From Candidatus Woesebacteria bacterium (GTDB lineage: Bacteria; Patescibacteriota; Microgenomatia; UBA1400; UBA12108): a stretch of DNA of 44,959 nucleotides. Below, piece after piece: positions 17,305 through 27,429 of this stretch (position 1 is its first letter; each line of letters starts with the position of its first letter). Position numbers and translations under genes: made by a program. The notes under the pieces are model-generated. The model was not told the DNA's origin. It was given only the letters and a program-made list of their open reading frames with translations, and searched no databases. The stretch is taken from contig JAGOVG010000007.1 in NCBI GenBank assembly GCA_018060845.1, positions 1 through 44,959 on the forward strand, read 5' to 3'.

Positions 17305-18828
17305 ATGAAGATATTGTTTGTAACGGCTGAGGTGGGACCATTCGTATCAGTAGGTGGGCTATCACAAGTATCATATTTCCTCCCTAACTCACTTCTAAAA
17401 CTCGGCGATGATGTACGAATATTCACCCCAAAATTTGGCGCCATGGATCCACCAAAATCAGAAAATGAAGCTGAGGATAAAACGCTAAATAAACATAGGT
17501 GGCCTCTAAAGATGGAGCTCGAGGGACTGCATGTCCCACTACGAGTAAACAATGATAGTGATGACCTAATATGCAACGTTAAGTCACATCACACACGAGG
17601 GCGGGTTAAGACATATTTTTTGGAGAATAGAGAATATTACGAACTGCGTGCTAACGTTTTTGGGTACCGCGATGACCACATTAGATTTTTGCTCATGAGT
17701 AAGGGGTGTTTGGAATGGCTCCTAGAAGAGAGTGAGCATGGTAGCGGATGGTGGCCTGATGTTATTCACTGCAACGACTGGCACAGCGCGTATTTGATCG
17801 AGCTAGCCAAAAGGTCTCCACGATACAAAAGTAAATTTAGCGATGTCAAAATAGTTTTGACTGTGCATAACTTTGTATACCAAGGCAACTTTGATTATAA
17901 GTACTGCAATATCGAAGACCGAGATGATGGCAAGCGCGCCCTCCTACCACTACTGGACCCACGTATGCATACGCAAAATCCACTACTCCGAGGCATTCTC
18001 CATGCTGATGCAGTGAGTACGGTCTCTTCGACTCATGCCAAAGAAGTCTTAACCGAAGAGTACGGCGAGGGCCTACACCTAGTATTGCAAAAGCGAAAAT
18101 CTAGACTGGTTGGAATACTTAATGGATTGGACACTAATACTTTTGATCCAAAAAAAGATACATCAATTAAAGCGAGGTTTGACCTGAGCAATTATGAGCA
18201 TGCTCGCACTGTTAACAAGCGAGCACTGCAGAAAATATTTATGTTACCTAACAAACCCAATGCATTCCTCATTGGTTATGTAGGGCGCCTAGCACAGCAA
18301 AAAGGAATTAACTTAATAACCTCGATGCTGCCACACCTACTAACAGAGTACCCCAATATTCAACTTGTCGTGCTCGGTGGAGGTGACGAAGCAGACCGAA
18401 CAAAACTTATGCAGCTGCAAAAGCTATACCCTGAGCAGATAGGACTACATCTGATGCCAGACTTCCTCATGCCACGCAAGGTATTTGCAGGAGCAGACGG
18501 ACTACTACTACCGAGTATGTTTGAGCCAGGTGGGATCGTGGCGCTCGAGTCGCTACGATATGGCGCAGTACCGATAGTGCGGCGAACTGGTGGCTTAAAC
18601 GATATTATCACTGATTTTGAGCCAACAAGCATGAGTGGAAACGGATTCTCTTTTACTAGTAAAACTGATTGGGCACTGTATGGTGCCATTGTCCGTGCCC
18701 TTACTACATTTCAGAACAAAAAAGTATGGGCTCGATTGGTCGAAAACTGTTTGCGAGCCGATTTTTCGTGGGAACATGTAGCCTCAGAGTACCAAAAATG
18801 GTACCGACAGGTTAGGATAGAGGGATGA
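17305..18828 (+). CDS. glgA: Glycogen/starch synthase (GT5)
   Basis: IHCNDWHS, GILNGLD, GRLAQQKG, PSMFEP, YGAVPIVRRTGGL. Confidence 0.93.
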   Translation: MKILFVTAEVGPFVSVGGLSQVSYFLPNSLLKLGDDVRIFTPKFGAMDPPKSENEAEDKTLNKHRWPLKMELEGLHVPLRVNNDSDDLICNVKSHHTRGRVKTYFLENREYYELRANVFGYRDDHIRFLLMSKGCLEWLLEESEHGSGWWPDVIHCNDWHSAYLIELAKRSPRYKSKFSDVKIVLTVHNFVYQGNFDYKYCNIEDRDDGKRALLPLLDPRMHTQNPLLRGILHADAVSTVSSTHAKEVLTEEYGEGLHLVLQKRKSRLVGILNGLDTNTFDPKKDTSIKARFDLSNYEHARTVNKRALQKIFMLPNKPNAFLIGYVGRLAQQKGINLITSMLPHLLTEYPNIQLVVLGGGDEADRTKLMQLQKLYPEQIGLHLMPDFLMPRKVFAGADGLLLPSMFEPGGIVALESLRYGAVPIVRRTGGLNDIITDFEPTSMSGNGFSFTSKTDWALYGAIVRALTTFQNKKVWARLVENCLRADFSWEHVASEYQKWYRQVRIEG

Positions 18829-20441
18829 ATAGACCAATCGCCTATTTTTGTGCAGAGTACGCGCTCAGTGACGAGCTACAGATTTATGCCGGTGGTCTCG
18901 GAGTCCTAGCTGGTGACTATGTGAGAGAAGCAGGAGATTCGGGACTGCCATTTGTGGCAGTAGGACTGTATTATGCGGGCGGGTTCGTACATAAAGAATT
19001 ATCTAATGAAGGGCTAGTGGTTGACCTACATAATGGTAAGAGACCAGAAGATGCGGGACTAATCTTAGTCAAAGATGAGACGGGCGCGGCAGTTAAGGTA
19101 AAAATCCCAATTGCACAGAGTATAGTCACTGCCCAGATATGGCTTTACAAATATAAAACTGCCAAAGTATATCTTCTAGATACCAAGGTTAGCGAAAATA
19201 GCGAGGCAGACCAGCGGATCACAGAAACACTGTATATTACCGATAAAGAAGTAAGGCTAAAACAAGAGATCGTGCTCGGGATCGGGGGACTCCGAGCCCT
19301 ACTCTCGATGGATATCCACCCCTCTTTCTACCATCTAAACGAAGGACATTCTGCACTACTAATATATGAGCTAATTCATCATGAGATGAAAGAACACAAC
19401 CTAGACTTTGATGGTGCCAGGGCGCGGGTACGTGAGCGAGTCTTGTTTACTAACCATACTCTAGTGACTGCAGGCAACGATGTCTTTAGTAATGATCTAG
19501 TGTCACTCCTCTTAACCAAATATGCCCAAGAGATAGAGATCCCAGTTAAGCAGCTGGTTGACCTAGGGCTAGTACAGCAATCCTCTACTTTTTCGATGAC
19601 TATCCTGGCTATGCGAGCAGCAGACCGGGTCAATGCAGTGTCCAAACTACATGCAAAAAAAGCCAAAGAAATATGGAGTGATCACCCAATGACGCCGATT
19701 ACTAATGGGATCCACCTGCCGACCTGGGACAGAGTAGGAGATAACGAGATGTGGAGTCAGCACCAAGTGAACAAGCAAAAACTATTGCAAGTGATCAAAG
19801 AGCAGACTGGAATGCAGTGGGGTGAGAATGATCTACTACTAGGTTGGGGGCGAAGAATGGCCAGGTATAAGAGGCCACTGGCACTAGTTGAGCGCCTCAA
19901 GCAGTTTGGCGAGATGGCTCGTGACAACGCGCAACCTATTAGAGTTGTGTTTGCTGGTATTGCCCACCCAGCAGATACTGATGGAAAAGAACTACTAGAG
20001 GAGCTGCAGTACCGCCTATCGTCTGACCTAAGTGGTGTTGCCGTATACCTACCTCACTACAACCTTGAGTTAGCGAGTCTCATGACTAGTGGCTGTGATG
20101 TCTGGATAAATACACCAGTTGTTGGTTTTGAAGCATGTGGGACTAGTGGGATGAAGGCTGCCTTAAACGGAGTACTCCCACTATCGACGCGTGATGGGTG
20201 GATGGATGAGGTAGAGATGTATGGAGTCGGCTGGGCCTTAACAGACACAGACCTCACACAGAACATGCTAGACACACTAAGTGATCAGATACTACCACTG
20301 TATTATGCAAAGAAAGAGTCGGGTATCCCTGAACAATGGGTCGGTATGATGAAGAATGCACGCGAACTTATCCAGAACGAGTTCTCGATGAGTCGGGCGA
20401 TGAAGCAGTACCTAGAACTGATTAACTACTCTAGTTCCTAA
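18825..20441 (+). CDS. glgP: Alpha-glucan (glycogen) phosphorylase, compact form
   Basis: YAGGLGVLAGD, HLNEGH, EACGTSGMKAALNG (PLP lysine); ATGA overlap with glgA. Confidence 0.93.
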   Translation: MNRPIAYFCAEYALSDELQIYAGGLGVLAGDYVREAGDSGLPFVAVGLYYAGGFVHKELSNEGLVVDLHNGKRPEDAGLILVKDETGAAVKVKIPIAQSIVTAQIWLYKYKTAKVYLLDTKVSENSEADQRITETLYITDKEVRLKQEIVLGIGGLRALLSMDIHPSFYHLNEGHSALLIYELIHHEMKEHNLDFDGARARVRERVLFTNHTLVTAGNDVFSNDLVSLLLTKYAQEIEIPVKQLVDLGLVQQSSTFSMTILAMRAADRVNAVSKLHAKKAKEIWSDHPMTPITNGIHLPTWDRVGDNEMWSQHQVNKQKLLQVIKEQTGMQWGENDLLLGWGRRMARYKRPLALVERLKQFGEMARDNAQPIRVVFAGIAHPADTDGKELLEELQYRLSSDLSGVAVYLPHYNLELASLMTSGCDVWINTPVVGFEACGTSGMKAALNGVLPLSTRDGWMDEVEMYGVGWALTDTDLTQNMLDTLSDQILPLYYAKKESGIPEQWVGMMKNARELIQNEFSMSRAMKQYLELINYSSS

Positions 20442-20472
20442 TACTCATACTAATTCTGCTAAGATATTAACA

Positions 20473-20892
20473 ATGAGTACGATAAAGACTTTGGTTACCG
20501 ACACACCAGTACCCTCATATGTCGCAAGCCTGGGTGATGAGTTACGGAGGAGTGAAGCGACAGAACTCCTCAAGATTTTTAATCTTGCAACTGGAATGGA
20601 GCCAAAAATGTGGGGAACGAGCATCGTTGGCTATGGCTCATATCACTACAAATCAGAGCGGAGCAGACAGGAGGGTGACTGGCCACTGACGGCATTCTCG
20701 ATGCGCAAGAGTGCAATCTCGATCTATATCATGCCAGGATTTGATAAATATGCAGAACATCTTTCGAGACTAGGTAAACACAAAGCAGGGGTTGGGTGCC
20801 TATACATTAAGAGGCTGAGTGACGTTGACCCTACTGTGCTATCTACTATTATCAATAGCTCATTTAATGAGATGAAAGGTAAATATGAATAA
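20473..20892 (+). CDS. DUF1801 (YdhG-like) protein
   Basis: PKMWGTSIVGYGSYHY, LGKHKAGVGCLYIKRL. Confidence 0.85.
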   Translation: MSTIKTLVTDTPVPSYVASLGDELRRSEATELLKIFNLATGMEPKMWGTSIVGYGSYHYKSERSRQEGDWPLTAFSMRKSAISIYIMPGFDKYAEHLSRLGKHKAGVGCLYIKRLSDVDPTVLSTIINSSFNEMKGKYE

Positions 20893-21331
20893 GACACTAG
20901 CTGTAACTCTAGGGATCCTGGTTATTATTGGCATTAGTATATCAGCATATACTCCGAAGCAAACAGAAGTCGCGACTCAAACTGAGACTAGTACTGACAC
21001 AAAAAATGACGTGGTTACAACCGGTGGGACCTACGAAAGTTATGCTCCAGAAAAACTAGTAAATGCTGAGAGTGGCAGGGTTGTGTTATTTTTTCATGCC
21101 TCGTGGTGCCCGACATGTCGTGCACTAAACTCTGATATCGAGGCGAGCGTATCTGAGATCCCAGTAGATGTCACTATTCTAAAAACCGATTACGATACCG
21201 AAACAGAGCTTAAGAAAAAGTATGGTGTAACTACTCAACACACCTTGGTTCAGGTGGACAAGGGTGGGAATATGATAACCAAATGGAGTGGTGGCTCGAC
21301 ACTCGAGAGCATAATCGCAAAACTAAAATAA
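20885..21331 (+). CDS. Membrane-anchored thioredoxin-like protein
   Basis: N-terminal anchor, FHASWCPTC, YGVTTQHT. Confidence 0.9.
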   Translation: MNKTLAVTLGILVIIGISISAYTPKQTEVATQTETSTDTKNDVVTTGGTYESYAPEKLVNAESGRVVLFFHASWCPTCRALNSDIEASVSEIPVDVTILKTDYDTETELKKKYGVTTQHTLVQVDKGGNMITKWSGGSTLESIIAKLK

Positions 21332-21332
21332 T

Positions 21333-22673
21333 ATGATATTTCTAATAATCTCTATCTTAGCTGGAATACTAACAGTACTAGCGCCATGCATCCTCCCTCT
21401 ACTTCCGATTGTTGTCGGATCATCGGCCGAAGGGGACCGCCGACTATCTACGAGGTCAATCGTGGTAATCTCATCACTCTCTGTATCAGTGATCGTGTTT
21501 ACGCTATTACTTAAAGCGTCTACCCTGTTAATTGCTGTCCCGCAGAGTTTTTGGAACACTTTGTCTGGCTCTATTTTGATCCTAGTGGGTTTTGCCATCA
21601 CCCTACCCAACTTGTGGTCGAGAGTTACTTTTCTACAAAAAATTACTGACTTGGCTAATAGATTAATGGGAATAGGCCGTCAGAAGAATAATTATGTAGG
21701 GGACATGCTAACTGGTGCAGCGCTCGGACCGGTCTTTACCACCTGCTCGCCTACATATCTTTATATAATTGCTACTGTCCTACCGATAGGAATAGTCGAA
21801 GGGACGATATATCTCCTAGGGTTTACGGCTGGGCTCGCGCTCTCACTCCTGCTTATTGCAATATACGGCGGTGCGCTCGTCAAAAAATTTACTAATCATA
21901 TGACTGCGACAGTTAATGTAAAGCGTGGCTTTGGTGTTCTAATTATCCTAGTCGGTCTTGCGATTATGAGTGGGTACGACAAAAAGATCGAGACAGCAAT
22001 CCTAGACGCAGGCTACGGTGCGACTATTAATATAGAAGAGAGCTTGATCGAGCGGTTTGCGCCTAGTAGCATTAGAGAAGATAAGATATTAATGAATAAG
22101 GAAACTATGACAAACAGCAACTACAAAACAATTACACTAGCAGGTGGGTGCTTTTGGTGTACCGAAGCCAATTTTCAGGAACAACCTGGAGTAGTTGATG
22201 CAGTCTCTGGCTATACTGGCGGAACATCAGCTGATGCTGATTACCTGACTGTTGCCAAAGGCAAGACGCGTCATCGCGAGTCAGTACAGATCACATATGA
22301 TCCAGCAGTTATTACCATAGAACAGATATTAGATATTTACTGGTCACACATGGATCCAACAGACACAGAGGGTCAGTTTGCCGATCGTGGATACCAATAC
22401 ACAACCGCCATCTATTACCATGACGACGAGCAACAGAAAGCAGCTATAGACTCAAAATATAGACTAGCTGAGAGTGGTCTCTTTGAAGAGGCGATTGCGA
22501 CCGAGATATTGCCACAGACAGAGTTCTACCCAGCCGAAGAGTATCATCAGGACTACTACAAAAAAGCCGGTGAACACTATGAGCGTTACAAAAATGGATC
22601 TGGCAGAGCTGGATTTATCGAAGAGACCTGGGCAAAGGATGCAGCGATCAAGTTTTTGGAATCAGAAAAGTAA
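21333..22673 (+). CDS. CcdA/DsbD-type transmembrane electron transporter fused to methionine sulfoxide reductase MsrA
   Basis: N-terminal LAPCILP and FTTCSP redox cysteines among TM helices; C-terminal AGGCFWC, HRESVQI, GQFADRG, AEEYHQDY. One continuous 446-aa frame. Confidence 0.88.
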   Translation: MIFLIISILAGILTVLAPCILPLLPIVVGSSAEGDRRLSTRSIVVISSLSVSVIVFTLLLKASTLLIAVPQSFWNTLSGSILILVGFAITLPNLWSRVTFLQKITDLANRLMGIGRQKNNYVGDMLTGAALGPVFTTCSPTYLYIIATVLPIGIVEGTIYLLGFTAGLALSLLLIAIYGGALVKKFTNHMTATVNVKRGFGVLIILVGLAIMSGYDKKIETAILDAGYGATINIEESLIERFAPSSIREDKILMNKETMTNSNYKTITLAGGCFWCTEANFQEQPGVVDAVSGYTGGTSADADYLTVAKGKTRHRESVQITYDPAVITIEQILDIYWSHMDPTDTEGQFADRGYQYTTAIYYHDDEQQKAAIDSKYRLAESGLFEEAIATEILPQTEFYPAEEYHQDYYKKAGEHYERYKNGSGRAGFIEETWAKDAAIKFLESEK

Positions 22674-22682
22674 ATTGTTGAG

Positions 22683-23273
22683 CTATTTGTTTCTTTTATC
22701 TTTAATGGCTTTAGAGAGTAAATATGGCGTAATAGAATAAGCAACTATAATTACAAACCATATTTTTAAAGTGAATATTGCATACTCAAATAATCTGTAG
22801 ATTGTCTCTGTAAAATCTCTGCCTACGACAACGAAACCCGATTCGTTTGAACCCTCTACAGTATATGAAGCAACGGCTATTGCTTGCTTGTTGTCCCACG
22901 ATGGAGACCAAATATGTTTATTGACTTCCCAATCAGCTTTTACTACCAACTTTTTAGGAATGGTTGGAACATTTTCTCCAAAAACTCCTGTGTTATATGT
23001 TGTATTACCTGATTCATCTAATAAGAATATATATGGTTGTTTACTAAATATTCCATCTACTGGTTGAGGGATTATCCCTTCGCTGATCATATCTTCTATA
23101 CTCGCTCCTCCAGTCAAGTTGAATGCAAAACGCTGAGCCAAACCAATTTGAGGATCAAATGCAACAGTATATAGAAGCTTGAATGAGTAGACTAGCTGTA
23201 TAGCTAAAAATAATGTGATTAATAGAATCTGTGACTTGTATGTTGATATATTCTTTAGAATTGATTTGATCAT
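22683..23273 (-). CDS. Hypothetical membrane protein (two TM segments around a sensor-like domain)
   Basis: TM - soluble domain ending FVVVGRD - TM. Confidence 0.6.
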   Translation of the reverse strand: MIKSILKNISTYKSQILLITLFLAIQLVYSFKLLYTVAFDPQIGLAQRFAFNLTGGASIEDMISEGIIPQPVDGIFSKQPYIFLLDESGNTTYNTGVFGENVPTIPKKLVVKADWEVNKHIWSPSWDNKQAIAVASYTVEGSNESGFVVVGRDFTETIYRLFEYAIFTLKIWFVIIVAYSITPYLLSKAIKDKRNK

Positions 23274-23278
23274 ATATA

Positions 23279-23572
23279 TTATTTTATCAGAGCGCCGACA
23301 AAATCGATCAAAGGAAAGAGTGTCCGTACCTCACCCCAGAATTTCTCGGATAGTCTAGCAGAGTAAGTGGCGTTATTCCCCTTTTCCATGGTGTTACAGA
23401 GCCTACGGTCCCAGTCTTCGATGATCCGCCGGACCGCCATACCTTGTTCGTTAAAGATAACTTGATTAGCTTTTTTGTTTTCTTTGTAGAGATTGTGGAT
23501 AAATAAGAAGTCGTCAAAAACCTTCTTGTTCTCTTCGCACATCTTTTTGAAGTATTCTTTGTATTTGACCAT
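23279..23572 (-). CDS. Hypothetical protein
   Basis: 97-aa helical ORF tightly packed within the operon. Confidence 0.7.
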   Translation of the reverse strand: MVKYKEYFKKMCEENKKVFDDFLFIHNLYKENKKANQVIFNEQGMAVRRIIEDWDRRLCNTMEKGNNATYSARLSEKFWGEVRTLFPLIDFVGALIK

Positions 23573-23573
23573 A

Positions 23574-24521
23574 TTAAGCTTGTCCTATCTCGATAACTAC
23601 AAAGATAACATAGATTAGGAGTAAGATAAATGATTCTTTTTGAGTCAACTTTTTCTCTGACCTGATGAAAATATAGAATAAGACTAAGGTAGATACTAGG
23701 ATAATAATCCTAACTAATGCCTGATTAGGCAACTGGATACCACCTTGAGTAAAAATTGCAAAGATGCCTATCAACAAACTATTAGCGGCTGCCGAACCAA
23801 TATAGTCCGCTAGAGCGATGTCTGATTTGCCACTTAGTACCGAACGAAGCACTAGTGAGAGCTCGGGGATATTAGTGCCGAGCGCTACGATAACTAGCCC
23901 TACCACAAAAGGAGACCAGTTAAAAGTATAAGCAAAAAACTCGGCAGAATTGACCATATAAGTCGAGGCGACCAAGATGACGCCTAGACCGACGAGGATC
24001 TTGAGGAAGCGATGCTTAGAACGTTCTTTGGCACCACTAATGCGCTCAAGTATTTTTTCGTACAAACTCTCACGACGAGATAATGCTATGAACAATACTA
24101 TATATAGAGCTACTAGCAAAAATCCTTCCCACATGTGCAGCGATCGGTCTGCTATTAGTAGAGCTGGAGCTAGGATCGTAGAGAGTGCTAGGGCGAGCTG
24201 AGGGCGGTGAAGAGTCTTGGGTAGTGCAACACTATGACCAAAGACCCCCAACAGGGGGATTATGAGTAAAAATATAACTAGTGTTGCACCTATTAGGTTG
24301 CCTATCGCAATCGGGGATTCGCCCCTAGACACAGCAGTCGCACCTATCGAGAGTTCTGGCAGTGAAGTCATGAGTCCTAAAATAAAAAAGGAGATAGTAA
24401 AAGTCGAAATGTTAAGAGATTTGGAGAGCGATGTTACCGCGCCAACTACTAGGCCTGTTCCCCACCATAGAGCGAGGGCTGAGACTAAAAAAATACAGAG
24501 CTCTATTAGGAGGTCGGACAT
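23574..24521 (-). CDS. Ca2+/cation antiporter (CaCA, YrbG-like)
   Basis: Duplicated alpha repeats GLMTSLPEL and ALGTNIPEL. Confidence 0.9.
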   Translation of the reverse strand: MSDLLIELCIFLVSALALWWGTGLVVGAVTSLSKSLNISTFTISFFILGLMTSLPELSIGATAVSRGESPIAIGNLIGATLVIFLLIIPLLGVFGHSVALPKTLHRPQLALALSTILAPALLIADRSLHMWEGFLLVALYIVLFIALSRRESLYEKILERISGAKERSKHRFLKILVGLGVILVASTYMVNSAEFFAYTFNWSPFVVGLVIVALGTNIPELSLVLRSVLSGKSDIALADYIGSAAANSLLIGIFAIFTQGGIQLPNQALVRIIILVSTLVLFYIFIRSEKKLTQKESFILLLIYVIFVVIEIGQA

Positions 24522-24533
24522 CGATCCCCTTTA

Positions 24534-24980
24534 TTACTTAATCTTAACTTTGCTCAACTTCATCATCCCTATCCCTTGTACAAAATCTAGAACTACAGCG
24601 AGAGCAACTACGACAACCCAACTACTAACCCCAAAACCATAGATATCAGCAAAACGGGTAACACCCCAAACAAGGACAAGGTTGGCGATAAAGTATAGCC
24701 CCATCCATTCTTTGTCTGTGAGATTTCGCTTATTCTTCCATTCGTAGTAATAGACGAGTGGAATAATGGCGGTTAACCAAATGGATAGTTCGGTGGTTGC
24801 TAGCATGAGAGCCCAAAAAGGAGTGAGTGACATCGTGCCTAGCACAACGTGCATGGGGAAGAGGAAATTGGCAATATAGATCACTAGCATATTAACTAGC
24901 CCTACTGTCAAAAATGAAAATAGGAGCATTAGCGAATTTTTGGCTAGTACTTCGCGTTCATTCAAAATTAATTTGACCAT
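24534..24980 (-). CDS. Hypothetical 4-TM membrane protein
   Basis: Four hydrophobic segments; in the lon operon. Confidence 0.65.
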   Translation of the reverse strand: MVKLILNEREVLAKNSLMLLFSFLTVGLVNMLVIYIANFLFPMHVVLGTMSLTPFWALMLATTELSIWLTAIIPLVYYYEWKNKRNLTDKEWMGLYFIANLVLVWGVTRFADIYGFGVSSWVVVVALAVVLDFVQGIGMMKLSKVKIK

Positions 24981-25026
24981 ATAGAACTCCTGAACCTAGG
25001 TATTAATAGTATTAGTTTAGCAGGTT

Positions 25027-27399
25027 TTAAGAAACGAATGCTAGAGCGAGGACTTCATCAATTGTTTTGACACCATGAAATGTTAAATCGTCCCGGACTT
25101 CTTTTGGTATTTTTTCGAGGTCTTTGGTGTTTGCATCTGGATGAATAATCTCTTTAAGACCTGCCGCGTGTGCAGCGATCACCTTTTCTTTGAGCCCACC
25201 GATCTCGAGCACCCTGCCGCGGAGCGTGATCTCACCAGTCATCGCAACGGTCTTTTTGACTTTGCGGCCGGTTAGCGCAGAGACTAGTGCAGTTGCCATG
25301 GTAACACCGGCTGATGGACCATCTTTTGGTACGGCCCCCTCTGGTACATGGATATGGATATCCTGAGTTTTGTAAAAATCGCTCTTTAGATCAAAATCTT
25401 TGTAGTGAGTACGTACGTAGCTATAGGCGGCACTCGCACTCTCTTTCATTACCTCACCGAGCTGGCCTGTGATCTGGATCTTGCCGCTTCCTGGCATTAA
25501 GGAGACTTCGATAAATAGGATCTCGCCACCAACGCTAGTCCAGGCGAGTCCAGTTACTGTCCCAACGGTGTGCTTTTTCTCGGCTTGGTTGTCGCTGTAG
25601 CGAGCGGGACCTAAGAACTTGGCGATGTTGCTGGTCGTAATAGTGGGGGTAGTCTTGCCACTGGCGAGACTCCTAGCTACTTTGCGGGCTAGGCGGGCGA
25701 GCTCGCGCTCGAGCGCACGAACGCCGGCTTCGCGAGTATAGAGCCTGATGATGCTTTTGATTAAAGTATCACTTAGCTTTAGTTCCGAGGATTTTAATCC
25801 GTTCTTTTCGGCGACTTTACTAACTAGATAGTTTTTTGCGATATGAAATTTTTCGAGCGAGGTATAGCTACTAAAGCGAATAACCTCTAGGCGGTCGCGG
25901 AGCGCGGAGGGGATAGTGTCTAACATATTGGCAGTTGCGATAAACATGACCTGAGAGAGGTCGAGAGGGATCTCTAGATAGTGATCACTAAACTCGCTAT
26001 TTTGTTCTGGGTCGAGGGCTTCGAGGAGCGCTGCGCTTGGATCTCCTCGAAAATCATTGCCGATCTTATCTATTTCGTCGAGCATAAAGACTGGATTCAT
26101 GGACTTGGCACTTTTGACACCCTCGACAATCCGGCCTGGCATAGCACCGACATAAGTCTTTCGGTGACCTCTGATCTCGGCTTCGTCACGAATCCCGCCG
26201 AGACTTACTTTGACAAAGCGACGCTTGAGCGAGCGTGCAATTGACTTGCCCAGACTAGTTTTGCCGACGCCAGGTGGACCCACAAAACATAGAATAGTAG
26301 GAAGTGACACACCATCTTTTTTCTGAGATTTGGATTTTTTTAGTTTCATGACAGCTAGATATTCAAGAATGCGCTCTTTGACTTCGTCGAGGCCATAGTG
26401 ATCGATGTTTAAGATACGCTCGGCTGACTTTAGCGAGACGTGGTCAGGGGTGACATTACCCCAAGGCATCTCTAAAACATTCTCTAAATAGGTGCGCAAA
26501 TATCCGGACTCTGGGTTGTGGGAGGACATGCGCTCTAGACGCGAGAATTCTTTTTGTAGTTTTTCTTTGTGTTTCTTGGGTAGCTTGAGTTTGTCTATCG
26601 CATCTTGTAGCTCGTCGAGCTCTTGTTCTTCGGGATCGTTGTCCTCGCCGAGCTCAGCTTTGATGGTAGCTAGGCGCTCGCGGAGCACCGACTCCTTCAT
26701 GCTTTTACTAAACTTGGCCTGAGTCTTGCTCGCGATACTCTTTTCGATCTCTAGGACTTTGATCTCTTTGGTGAGTAAATCGTTGATCGCATATAGTCTG
26801 ACTTTTAGATCCAATGTTTCTAGTAGTTTTTGACGAGTAGTGGTGTTTACGTTTAATACGGCTGCGATCTGATCAGCTAGCTCACTAGCTGAGACCCCAC
26901 CCATTAGCCGCATAAAGTTGGTAAACTCGACACTCTTGCCCATGCCTACAGCATCTTTGAAGAGTGCGCTGACCCGCCTACCCAGTGCCTCTAGCTCCTC
27001 ATCAAAAATCTTGGATTCTTTGATCTCTTCGACTTCGGCTAGCTGGACATTGTCTGTTGTTGTAATGTTTATGAGTTTGACACGCTTAATACCTTTGACT
27101 AAGACATTTAACTCATCATCATTTTTGAGTGTCCGTTCGACACTGGCTAATGTCCCGATAGGATATAAATCCTTGGCGGTGGGTGCATCTATCTCACTAT
27201 TTTTTTGGGTAAAGATGGCGATATGCTTGGGGTTGGTGGCTAGTGCCTGATTGATCGCACTAATTGATTCTTTGCGAGCAAAAGTGAGGACGATCTCATT
27301 GGTCGGGAAGATGACAACATCGCGAACAGGAACTATTGGGACAAAGTGTCTGGTCGGGAGCGTGGCTGGCAAATCTTTTGAGTATATTGTATCTGTCAT
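25027..27399 (-). CDS. lon: Lon ATP-dependent protease
   Basis: LON N-domain, GPPGVGKT, DEIDK, PKDGPSAG catalytic Ser, GGLKEK. Confidence 0.98.
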   Translation of the reverse strand: MTDTIYSKDLPATLPTRHFVPIVPVRDVVIFPTNEIVLTFARKESISAINQALATNPKHIAIFTQKNSEIDAPTAKDLYPIGTLASVERTLKNDDELNVLVKGIKRVKLINITTTDNVQLAEVEEIKESKIFDEELEALGRRVSALFKDAVGMGKSVEFTNFMRLMGGVSASELADQIAAVLNVNTTTRQKLLETLDLKVRLYAINDLLTKEIKVLEIEKSIASKTQAKFSKSMKESVLRERLATIKAELGEDNDPEEQELDELQDAIDKLKLPKKHKEKLQKEFSRLERMSSHNPESGYLRTYLENVLEMPWGNVTPDHVSLKSAERILNIDHYGLDEVKERILEYLAVMKLKKSKSQKKDGVSLPTILCFVGPPGVGKTSLGKSIARSLKRRFVKVSLGGIRDEAEIRGHRKTYVGAMPGRIVEGVKSAKSMNPVFMLDEIDKIGNDFRGDPSAALLEALDPEQNSEFSDHYLEIPLDLSQVMFIATANMLDTIPSALRDRLEVIRFSSYTSLEKFHIAKNYLVSKVAEKNGLKSSELKLSDTLIKSIIRLYTREAGVRALERELARLARKVARSLASGKTTPTITTSNIAKFLGPARYSDNQAEKKHTVGTVTGLAWTSVGGEILFIEVSLMPGSGKIQITGQLGEVMKESASAAYSYVRTHYKDFDLKSDFYKTQDIHIHVPEGAVPKDGPSAGVTMATALVSALTGRKVKKTVAMTGEITLRGRVLEIGGLKEKVIAAHAAGLKEIIHPDANTKDLEKIPKEVRDDLTFHGVKTIDEVLALAFVS

Positions 27400-27402
27400 A
27401 AT

Positions 27403-27429
27403 CTAGCAGTGTATCGCATAGAGTGCTAA
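27403..27429 (-). promoter_or_regulatory. CIRCE-like HrcA operator over the lon promoter
   Basis: Minus strand TTAGCACTC-N9-CACTGCTAG: one perfect half-site, one 6/9. Overlaps TTGACT(27431-36)-17-TACACT(27408-13) and ends 3 nt before the lon ATG. Confidence 0.7.

Noticed and set aside
18825-20441. Short GlgP as a truncated pseudogene
   Set aside because: Catalytic and PLP motifs are intact in one frame with a coupled start; compact phosphorylases exist.
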